This document shows, piece by piece, positions 41,506 to 49,927 of a stretch of 64,000 bases of DNA. The notes beneath the pieces are model-generated. The model ran no database searches, was not told the origin of the DNA, and saw only the letters and a list, made by a program, of their open reading frames with translations. Each line of letters begins with the position of its first letter. Position 1 is the first letter of the stretch. Location of the stretch: contig JAJYEX010000004.1 in the NCBI GenBank assembly GCA_021785515.1, positions 79,074-143,073 on the forward strand, written 5' to 3'. This stretch comes from Pseudomonadota bacterium (lineage in GTDB: Bacteria; Pseudomonadota; Gammaproteobacteria; Acidiferrobacterales; UBA6901). The position numbers and the translations under genes were made by a program.

Positions 41506-42677
41506 TGCGCACGAAACCGGTCCGGGCGCAACGGGCGCGCAACAATACGGCCAATGCTATCGAATGCCACCTCGGGCAGTTTGGTCTCGACATCTCTCAA
41601 AGCCTGATCGCAGCCTGCACACTCAGCGGTGCCGACGTCTAGCCCGCCGGGTCGATGTCCTGCGGCGCGCGTGCCAGCATCACGCGACAGACGTCATGGA
41701 TTTCGCGCGGCGCGTGCAGAAGACGAAGTCACCCGTCCCTGAAATCAGATACAGCGCTCGCGGGTCAACAACGGTCTGACCGGGATGTGCACAATTCAAC
41801 GGCGATGAATCTATTTAATAGAGCTATCGGGGCTCTGTATCTAAGCCGACTTTTGTCCAATACAAATCGTGAGGGCTCAGTTTAGGACAGCCTCTCACGG
41901 GTCTCGCTGGCTGCGTGACGGGTATCAGGAAGCGCAAAGCGCTCCTGAAGATGTTCTTTTACAGCAGTCGTCGCTGTCCCTGGCCTCGCCGATGCAGGTC
42001 ATTACCTTGAGCAGCCGGTTCAGAATCGGTGGTAAGCACCCCCTTAAACGGCATGCTTAAATTCCAACAGCTTGCCGAGCCGCCGGCTCATGATGGCGAG
42101 CTTTCTCCAGATGTTTATGTCGAGGGGTCAGGTCGCAATATGCACGATACGCCGCGCTCGCCTCCTGGAGGCGGCCGGCGCACCTTAGGGTCTCTGCCGG
42201 GCGCGCAGAATAACATCGTTCGGTTTACGGCTTTTGGTCGTCCCCTGATGCCATTGTCGCTAGACAACCGCGCCTTGCGGCATAAATCGCGTACTACCCC
42301 GCGGACGGACATGAATCCGGAGGTCTCATGGCGTCGACGAAAATGACAAACGGCAGTGTATGCAAACGCACGCATGAGACTGTGTACAAACGTGAGCGTG
42401 GATGCTGTTTGAGTCAACGAAAAGCATCGGCAGTCCGGCGAGGGGCTGTGTCTTTACGTCGCAATCCGTACGTCGTGCCTTACGCTGCGTTTGTGCTCCA
42501 CAGCTTGACTCTCCTGGAATTGTTGTCTAGATCAAGAACGTTAGCAGTCTGTTGCGTGCCTCCTTAGTCCAAGGAAACGCGATGCGGGTTGGGTGGCCAC
42601 GTAGAAGTAGTCTCGGTTTGAAAAGAATTCAAGGGGGAGTGATGCGTGGCTCCAATGTGATGTTACGGAAAGCCTCT

Positions 42678-42990
42678 TTCCCCGACATCATGCTCGATGA
42701 CTTCACGCCCGCCAATCATCCGCTGCGCGCAATCTGCGAAATCGCCAATGCAGCCCTAATGTCGATGGATGCGCCCATCGCAACGATATACGCCGATTTC
42801 TGGAAAGATTTCATTTCTCCAGGGCATCTGCTGCAGTGGGTCCTGCAGGTGCTCTGCGGCCACAGGTGTGAGGGCCATGGGACACAAGCAGCCCTATCGC
42901 CGGTTCGCCAGTTCTGGTCTCGACAAACGCCCGCCGGGATTCTCCGGTCTGCACCGGCGACCGGTTCATCGAGCACGAAGCAGCGTGAGG
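42678..42990 (+). pseudogene. Relic of an IS5/IS1182-type transposase N-terminus (DUF772-like)
   Basis: Within ORF 42552..43442, FPDIMLDDFTPANHPLRAICEIANAALMSMD...IYA...ISPGHLLQWVLQVL resembles the InsH-type N-terminal domain. The expected YRWF continuation appears in another frame (YRRFASSGLDKRPP), implying frameshifts. No DDE domain follows. Confidence 0.4.
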
Positions 42991-43130
42991 GTTCTTTTAA
43001 GCGGTCATCGTTTCAGTCTGCGCCGGGAAGCTTCTCTCCTCGGAACACGTCTGCGGCGCAGAGGCACTGCTGCCTCGACAACGGTTTCAGGCGGCGCGTC
43101 GAGCAAGGTGCCCGGGAGGGAAACATCGTC

Positions 43131-43319
43131 TTCCACTACGACCACTTCGGGCGGCTCATCAGCGAGACAAGATTCCAGGGCAGAGCATTGCGCAACTGCC
43201 GCTGGCGCGCCGGGATCCCGGTAACCCAGATCGACCGCAGGACCATGGGTGCAGTCCTGGGCGTCGACGGTGGGCCGTCGCTGTCCGGCGAACGCGATGG
43301 TTCGGGTCGCCTGCTTTAC
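43131..43319 (+). pseudogene. Possible YD/RHS-repeat fragment
   Basis: FHYDHFGRLISET and, 41 residues later, RDGSGRLLY both resemble the YDxxGRL core of RHS repeats. The stretch is very short and sits in a decayed context. Confidence 0.2.
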
Positions 43320-43728
43320 CGTCCCGTTGCTGCGGCCATCGGGGCGGTCCGCAGACACGGCACCGATATCCATTGCGGCGCTCATGGTGGATGGCAGCCA
43401 CATCAGGCCCACCTGTCTGGTGCCCAATATGCAGGACAGTGAATGCGGGATCGACGGTCACGGTTGCTTCCGGACCTGACGAGCGGTCTGGTTTCGCTCA
43501 GCCGGATCAAGGAACTGAGCGGGCAAGCCTTATCGCCGAGCAGGATATCGGAGTCGGACTATCGTTCACGCAGACCGTATAGGTTTCATGCACCGGGAGG
43601 GTCCCGGTGCACGGCAGCACCACGCAGCCGTGGCGTCAGTGCAGCCGATTGGGCCCATCAACACGCTATCACCACGGTCGTTCAATGAAAAATGTTCTGA
43701 TGTTCTTCAATTTAGGGATTCCATAATC

Positions 43729-44598
43729 ATGAAAAACTTGATTGCGTCGTGCGCTTCGATCGGCCTGCTGGTCTCGGCTGCAGTTTTCGCAGCCAGGCCG
43801 CCTGTTTTTACCGTGGTCGCCCCCCCGCGCGAGACGGTGGCGGTCGGCAATCTGGATTATGGTACTGTCGCCGCCTTCCTCACCAAGGTTACAGGCGTCC
43901 ACTTTGTCTATAAGCGGCCAAATAACTGGCTGCAGTACCAGTCCTGGGTCTGGAAGGATGGGGGGGATGTGTATTTCGACGGTCCGCACTTTGTAGCGTG
44001 GCGCCTGCACCATCAGGGGGCGACGCTCGGGCCGCGCCTGCCGCAAGCGCAGAACTGGCGCATTTTCACCTGGGCCGGCAACCCGGACATCCACTCGATC
44101 CGTGATGTCGTCGGCGGAATTTTTTGCGCACCGCCGCCGCCGAATTTCGGAACGTTGTGGGCGCAGACACTTTTCCCGAATCCAGCGCGCCAGCCGTACA
44201 TTCTCAACACCCATGGGTGGGCAAAAATTTTCAAGCAGGTGGAGTCGCGACATTGCGAAATCGGCATTGCACCCAAGATCACCCTCAATACGCTTGATCC
44301 CGAACGCACATTGACGTATATCATCAAGCGTGGCCCGGTTTTTCCAAACCAGGCCTTTAGCCTGAGTCGTAAGCTGCCATCGGCATTGCGCCAGAAGATC
44401 ATCACTGCGCTCCTGAGTCCGGCAGGCGAGCGCGCGCTTATGCCGCTTCGCAAGCGTTTCGCTGCAGGCCGGCGGTTTGTAGCCGGAACGCCTGCGCAAT
44501 ACGTGGACGTAGACCAGGGCCTCGATGCATACTGGAATCCGATTTTTGGTCAGGAAATCAAGAAAGACCTAGAAAAAGAAGCAACCGCTGTCCACTAA
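43729..44598 (+). CDS. Secreted PhnD-like periplasmic-binding-fold protein (phosphonate/phosphite-type SBP family)
   Basis: ATG 43729 gives MKNLIASCASIGLLVSAAVFA, a signal peptide. The layout is PhnD-like (VAVGNLDYGTVAAFLTKVTGVHFVY..., C-terminal LPSALRQKIITALLS). No permease or ATPase gene is nearby. Confidence 0.6.
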   Translation: MKNLIASCASIGLLVSAAVFAARPPVFTVVAPPRETVAVGNLDYGTVAAFLTKVTGVHFVYKRPNNWLQYQSWVWKDGGDVYFDGPHFVAWRLHHQGATLGPRLPQAQNWRIFTWAGNPDIHSIRDVVGGIFCAPPPPNFGTLWAQTLFPNPARQPYILNTHGWAKIFKQVESRHCEIGIAPKITLNTLDPERTLTYIIKRGPVFPNQAFSLSRKLPSALRQKIITALLSPAGERALMPLRKRFAAGRRFVAGTPAQYVDVDQGLDAYWNPIFGQEIKKDLEKEATAVH

Positions 44599-44620
44599 AA
44601 CACCCACATGGAGATATGTA

Positions 44621-45739
44621 ATGAGAAAGGGTTCTACCAATAATAAAAAGCTGCTGCTGGCAGCTCTGCTGTCGCTGCTTGGCGGTGCCGGAATGATGAA
44701 TGTCCGTCCCGCCGAGGCGCAACGGGTTCCGCAGGTTCCCGGCGCGCCGCGGGTCGTGGCTGCGCCCACGCTGACTGTGCCGCACCTGCTCGACTGGCCG
44801 CTCGACAAAGGCCGCGCCGTGACGCCGAATCTCAACGACGAGGCGGCGGATCGCCTCTACGATCTGCACGGCGCGATCAGCTCGTGCGACCACATGGATC
44901 TCGTGCTGTCGACGGAAGGCAACTACCACATGGCGCTGCGGACCATGTTCTTCCGGGTATTCCTGCCCCGGTATGGCAGTCTCGTCCGCAACTGGTACTA
45001 CACGACCAGCCCGCCGGTGTCAGTGCTGCAGATCGCCCATCACGATCTGGCGTTCGGCAATCTCAAACTGCAGTGCCGTCCGGAAATCGCGGTGGCATCC
45101 ATGCGCGTGATGCACAAGCTCGAGGCCATGAAGGTCACCCAGGGCAGTCCGGTTGCGATCATCCGCGGTCGCGGGAACGTATTGCTCGTGAAGCACGGAA
45201 ACCCGAAGAATATCCGTTCGATCTGGAGCCTGCGTCGGCCGAATGTGCACCTCGTGACGCCGAACCCGTACCTGGAGCCCGGCGCATTCCTGAACTACGC
45301 GGGCACCATCTACGAGGTCGCGAAGCACGATCCGCATCCGCCGCACGGCTGGACGGCGAACCGGCTGTTCAATTCCATCTTCGGTCCGAACGCGCCGAAG
45401 GGCAAATGGCTGATCGGGGACCGGATTCACCACCGCGACGAGCCGCAGGCCGTGGCCTACGGCGGCGCGGACGTGGCCGTGCTGATGTACCAGCTGGCCA
45501 AATATACGGTGAAGTGCTTCCCGCACACCTTTTCGATGATCCCGCTCGGCGGCACTGTAAACGATCCACGGCCACTGCCCGGAAACCAGGTGGGGGAGAC
45601 CTACATGGTCAGGATTCGCGGTCAGTGGACGCCGTCGCAGCGCGCTGCGAGCAACGACCTGTGGGCCATGTACAAGTCAGCCGCATTTACGAAAATCCTG
45701 AAAGAGGACGGGCTGCTGCGCCCCGCGGGATGGCGCTGA
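44621..45739 (+). CDS. Secreted substrate-binding-domain protein (type-2 periplasmic-binding fold, ModA-like), function unknown
   Basis: 372 aa. The signal peptide is MRKGSTNNKKLLLAALLSLLGGAGMMNVRPAEA. A segment AVAYGGADVAVLMYQLAKY resembles anion-binding SBPs. The gene starts 23 nt after the preceding gene. Confidence 0.55.
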   Translation: MRKGSTNNKKLLLAALLSLLGGAGMMNVRPAEAQRVPQVPGAPRVVAAPTLTVPHLLDWPLDKGRAVTPNLNDEAADRLYDLHGAISSCDHMDLVLSTEGNYHMALRTMFFRVFLPRYGSLVRNWYYTTSPPVSVLQIAHHDLAFGNLKLQCRPEIAVASMRVMHKLEAMKVTQGSPVAIIRGRGNVLLVKHGNPKNIRSIWSLRRPNVHLVTPNPYLEPGAFLNYAGTIYEVAKHDPHPPHGWTANRLFNSIFGPNAPKGKWLIGDRIHHRDEPQAVAYGGADVAVLMYQLAKYTVKCFPHTFSMIPLGGTVNDPRPLPGNQVGETYMVRIRGQWTPSQRAASNDLWAMYKSAAFTKILKEDGLLRPAGWR

Positions 45740-45763
45740 TTTGTAAGGTGTAGAGGACGGAAT

Positions 45764-45822
45764 GCGCTCTGGCCGCACGACAAGGACCGTCGTGGGTGAT
45801 GTACCTGCACCGGCCAGAGCGC
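45764..45822. repeat. Nested hairpin (12-bp outer stem, 6-bp inner stem) downstream of the SBP pair
   Basis: GCGCTCTGGCCG (45764-45775) is the perfect complement of CGGCCAGAGCGC (45811-45822). The inner stem is CACGAC (45776-45781) with GTCGTG (45789-45794). No T-run follows. Confidence 0.6.
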
Positions 45823-45992
45823 TACCTTCTGTCAGGGCAGAAATGTTTTGCGCGACAAACGGGGGGCAGCTTCGGTACCCCCTCGGCCGATTTCGGACCG
45901 GGCGGCTGCGCAAAATGGTGGACTCTTCAGCGTTCTGTGTGGGCCATACAGATCTTGCCTGATTCCGGTTCCCGGGCGAGTATCGCGTACCT

Positions 45993-46330
45993 ATGCGCGA
46001 TACCGAACTCTACGAGAAGCTGTTAGGATGTGCCACACCGCGGCGTGGTGAGCGCCGTGAACATGATGGCGCCTGAGGATGAGCCTTCGGGGAGAATACC
46101 GTTACGGTGTACTGGCCGCCAGGACATGCGCTCACGTGCCGCGCCTGCGGGGTTGCGGCCCCTGGGTATGATTCCAGGCCCCGGCGCTGGCGGCATCTCA
46201 ATATCATACCCTCCGTATGTGCGCCGGACCTCGATAAACGCGACGGGACGTCCAAGTCTCCCTCGCGCACTCGGTCTCGGCGCACTCAAAGAGGCCTTTG
46301 CCAAGGCCTGGAATGACTACTGTAGCGCCT
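45993..46330 (+). mobile_element. Decayed 5' part of an ISL3-family transposase gene
   Basis: Reading across three frames gives these pieces in order: MRDTELYEKLLG from ATG 45993, then ..TVTVYWPPGHALTCRACGVAAPGYDSRPRRWRHLN, then QYHTL....PR*TRRDVQVSLAHS, then LKEAFAKAW. This follows the order of the ISL3 N-terminal region as I recall it (M.DTELY.kiLGL..PW.V ... CP.CG....D....R.WRHLD ... PRV.C..HGV.QV.VPWA ... FT.LFE.FA). It contains several frameshifts and a stop, and no DDE core follows. Confidence 0.5.
46236..46284 (+). repeat. 49-nt direct repeat, copy A (inside the ISL3 relic)
   Basis: AAACGCGACGGGACGTCCAAGTCTCCCTCGCGCACTCGGTCTCGGCGCA matches 51326-51374 at 46 of 49 positions. Confidence 0.9.
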
Positions 46331-46542
46331 CGTCGAAGAAGTTTTCCGGCTGCCGGTATTTCTGGGCGACCCCATCGCGTCTGCCCCCCGATCACCACTG
46401 CCGCAAAGACTTTCGAAGGCACCGATGGCAGAGGCCATCTCTTGAAGGCCAATGCTCCAGGCAATGGCAGCTTTGCCCGGTATCGGATCAGTATTTTCTC
46501 TCATTGCGCAGGCCTTACGCGTTATCCAAAGGGCTGTACGCA

Positions 46543-48443
46543 ATGACTGTTCAGGGGCCGACGCGCACGAAAGCCGGAAGAAAAAAGCCGGGCTCCGGTC
46601 GGGCAAAGATGGCTAGATTGCCGCGCCTTTCACGCACCCGTGCTCCGGTGGATGTGACGCTGGTGGCGTGGCAGCGTGCCTTGCGCCGCCAGTTCGGCCG
46701 AGAGCAAGACTTTCTTCTCGATCGGCTCGGTTCCGATCCGGTCTTTTCGGAGTTTCGCGTCGGCAATCCGCAATCCAAGACCTATCTATCGCGTGGCAAT
46801 CCGCGGACAGCTACCAGGAGACAACTATTGCTCGTGCCCGGACTACGCGACGAACGAACTGGGCACTTGCAAGCACATCGAGTTCGTTCTGTCGCGCCTG
46901 GAAAGGAAGCGCGGCGCTAAGACCGCTTTCAAGCGCGGCTACCGGCCGCCGTTTTCCGAATTGTACCTGCGTAACGACGGCGGCAAGGCACTATATTTTC
47001 GGGCGGGTACGGATTGCCCGGCAGCAGCGGTGAAGGCTGCCGGCCGGATTTTCGATGCCACCGGCGGGTGGCGACTGCGCATGGAGCAACTTGGCGGGCT
47101 TGATGGCTTGCTCGCCGCTGTTGCCAAGACTGGCCACGAGCTTCGGTTCTACGACGATGCCAAGAACTTTGTCGCCGGGCTGCGCGATGCCGAGCGGCGG
47201 GCCCTCGCGCTCGACGGTCTGTTTCCTTGTGGCGCCGCCGATGTTGGTCTTAAGAAACTGCTCAAGGCGCCCCTTTATCCTTATCAGGCCGAAGGTGCCC
47301 TGTTTGCGGCGCGGGTTGGCCGGGTGTTGATCGGCGATGAGATGGGTTTGGGCAAGACCATTCAGGCGATCGCTGCTGCTGAAATTCTGGCGCGACACTT
47401 CGGCGTGGCGAAGGTGCTGGTGATCTGCCCAACCTCGCTTAAGTATCAGTGGCAAAGCGAGATCAGGCGATTTTCGGGGCGCGATGCCTTCGTGATCTCC
47501 GGTGGCCGTGTGCAACGGCAACAAGATTATGCCCGCGACGATTTCTGCAAGATTACCAACTACGAAAAACTTCAGCCCGACCTCGACCTGATCGCTGCTT
47601 GGGCGCCGGATCTGGTGATCGTCGATGAAGCGCAGCGGATCAAAAACTGGAACACTATTGCCGCGCGCGCCCTGAGGCGCGTTGACAGCCCCTATGCCGC
47701 AGTGCTAACCAGGAACTCCCCGGGAAAACAAGCTCGAGGAGCTGATTTCCATCGTCCAGTTTGTCGATCAGCACCGCCTGGGTCCGACCTGGAAGCTTCT
47801 CTGCGAACACCAGGTCAAGTACGACATGGGACGGGTCATCGGCTACACCGGACTTGAGAAGATCGGTCAGACGCTGGCGCCCATCGTGATCCGCCGGCGC
47901 AAGTCCGAGGTGCTGATGCAGCTGCCGGTGCGCACTGACCAGAACCTCATGGTGCCGATGACACAGATGCAGATGCTGCATCACCAGCAGAATGCCGACG
48001 TCGTGGCGCAGATCGTAAATCGTTGGCGAAAATTCAAGTTTCTTTCCGACAAGGACCAGCGGCGGTTGGCTTGCGCCTTGTAGAACATGCGTATGTCCTG
48101 CAACAGCACCTACCTCCTTGATCAGGAGACCGATCGCGGGGTCAAAGCCGATGAACTGGCAGCGCTGCTGGACACGCTATGTACGCGGCCCGAGGCCAAG
48201 GTGGTAGTGTTCAGTCAATGGACGCGCACCCACAACATCGTGATCCGCCGGCTTGAGACGCGAGGGCTAGGCTATGTCAGCTTCCACGGTGGCATTCCAT
48301 CGGAGAAGCGCCCGGCACTGGTAGATCGTTTTCGTGACGATCCAGACTGCCGCGTCTTTTTGTCCACCGATGCCGGTGCCACCGGCCTTAACCTTCAGCA
48401 TGCCTCGACCCTGGTGAACATGGACCTGCCGTGGAATCCGGCC
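46543..48443 (+). pseudogene. SWIM zinc-finger / SNF2-family helicase gene, inactivated by at least two frameshifts, one nonsense codon and a 3' truncation
   Basis: Reading runs from ATG 46543 (MTVQGPTRTK...). The first frame change is near 46780, just before YRVAIRG...CSCPDY...CKHIEF (SWIM). SNF2 motifs are LYPYQAEG, GDEMGLGKTIQAI and DEAQRIKN. An extra A at about 47711 breaks LTGTP.ENKLEEL. An in-frame TAG lies at 48081-48083. The reading ends at DLPWNPA (48443), without motif VI. Confidence 0.8.
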
Positions 48444-48445
48444 CC

Positions 48446-48655
48446 GAAGGTTTCTTCGCCCTGTTGCCGGCGCAATGCGTAGAGTTCGTCCTCCAGCGCC
48501 TCGGCCAGTTCCGCCACCCCCAGCGTGCGCACATTGGGCGCGATAAAAACCCGGTGCAGAAAACTGGCGATCAGCGGCGCGTTGTCCGAACACAATAACC
48601 GCCAGGCCGGGTGATGGGCGCGCAGGGAGGCGAGGGTGGGGTAGTCGAGAGTCAT
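48446..48655 (-). pseudogene. jetA: First ~70 codons of a Wadjet jetA (DUF3375) gene; the rest is deleted
   Basis: MTLDYPTLASLRAHHPAWRLLCSDNAPLIASFLHRVFIAPNVRTLGVAELAEALEDELYALRRQQGEETF matches my memory of the conserved DUF3375 N-terminus (LR..HPAWRLLR.D.APL..SFL.RVF...N.R......L.E.LED.L..LR). After F70 the reading frame is merely the antisense of the SNF2 pseudogene. Confidence 0.6.
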
Positions 48656-49074
48656 GGAGTCATCGGTCGCCAGCTATGAAGCCAGATGAAAGGTCCAAAA
48701 TCGTATCCGTGATCGGCCGCCCGCTCGATCCATTGGGCAGCGCGGATGCCGGCGACCGCTCGCGTGAATGCAAACCCTCTGTGTGCCGGTGATGTTGTCT
48801 CACGAGTACTGCATCCGCCGGGCGTGATCTGCGCGCTCGCTTGGGACCGGTGTGCAATTGTAGTGGAAACGGCAGGCGTCTGTCTCGTGCCCTGACCGCC
48901 GTCATGGAATTGCCGCTGGCCCGGGCAAAGTGGAGGTGCGAACCTCGAACCCTGCATCCGTCGGTTCGCAGTCAATGACAAAGATAGCGCTGAACGCGCA
49001 CCCCGCGATGGCCTGTGTGTCCAGGAAAGACCTGTGCTGCCTGAGTGGGTGGGGTAATCGCGTCTGCTCTCCCG

Positions 49075-49128
49075 GTGGCTGTTGAGTGGCCACGGACGGG
49101 TAACCGTTCGTGGCTACTCAACAGCCAC
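49075..49128. repeat. Long imperfect hairpin (20-nt arms, 1 mismatch)
   Basis: GTGGCTGTTGAGTGGCCACG (49075-49094) pairs with CGTGGCTACTCAACAGCCAC (49109-49128). The 14-nt spacer GACGGGTAACCGTT can itself pair (ACGG/CCGT). It lies in a roughly 1.27-kb stretch with no convincing gene. Confidence 0.7.
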
Positions 49129-49927
49129 CGCAACCAGGCCGACCAACCGGGTCGATCTCAGGAGTGGTATACGCCGTCATCTCTAGCAACATGTTTGCTA
49201 TGCGGCCTAAGAAAGTACGCACTATTTGGTGGTCGGCTCAGTAATGAGCGGGGTCCCGCTGCAACGGCATGCGCAGCATAGCGTGACTAGGCCCATAACC
49301 TTGTGGCCTCCACAGGCCATCACAACGGCCAACATCGGCGCCCTGGCACATGTAGCGGCGGCGTCTCCCGTGTCGGTCCATCACGGGATAGAATTTCTCG
49401 AACAGGCCCTTCCGGCGGCGCAAAGGAACAAGGGCATAAACAGGATCATGTCCTGAGACCGCCCGGACTGCGCTGCGGAAACGCCTCTGACCGCCGGCGC
49501 ATGCGGCGCTTCGGGTGTCCGGTCCGCCCGTCGCGCCGGATCCGCCGGAAAGCACCATCTCGCGTGCGCTCCGCAACACCCGCCCTGCGGCCACCGCAGG
49601 CCAGTGGCGAGGACGGTTTGATTGCCGACATCCCGCATGCGTCTTTCCGGCGGTCCGGTCAGGTATTGTCAGGCGAATTCGCAGGTGCAAACTGTAGAAG
49701 TCTGTTATATAAATGGTCGCCGTGCATTGACCCGGAAAAGGGCGCTGCCTTCGAATTCAGTCCGGAACTGACAGGTGCAGCTTGCGCATGTGCAGCGATC
49801 CCCGGGGGCCCGCGTGGAGGCATGGATTGCGGACCCGATGGGGGCAGGGCGCGTCTGCGCCGGTGCCATAATCGGCGGCGCGACCGCCGTGGAGATAAAT
49901 CCTGAAATTCGTGTTTGCTGGATCAGA

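Noticed and set aside
41506-41650. Short convergent minus-strand reading frame ending next to the rfaH stop (..CAGCDQALRDVETKLPEVAFDSIGRIVARPLRPDRFRAH*)
   Set aside because: It has no start codon in frame, is interrupted upstream by stops, and matches no family I recognise. It is probably another gene fragment, but that is unsupported.
46030-46920. 296-aa ORF, and the overlapping 46676..47857 and 48087..48482 ORFs, as separate genes
   Set aside because: They are pieces of the ISL3 relic and of a single frameshifted SNF2 gene. Homology jumps between frames at defined points.
48930-49010. tRNA or tmRNA gene on the minus strand (GGTTCGAGG...CACCTCCA)
   Set aside because: A T-loop-like string is present, but no matching 5' acceptor strand, D-arm or anticodon arm can be formed. 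At best it is a 3' fragment. It is kept only as a note in the findings.
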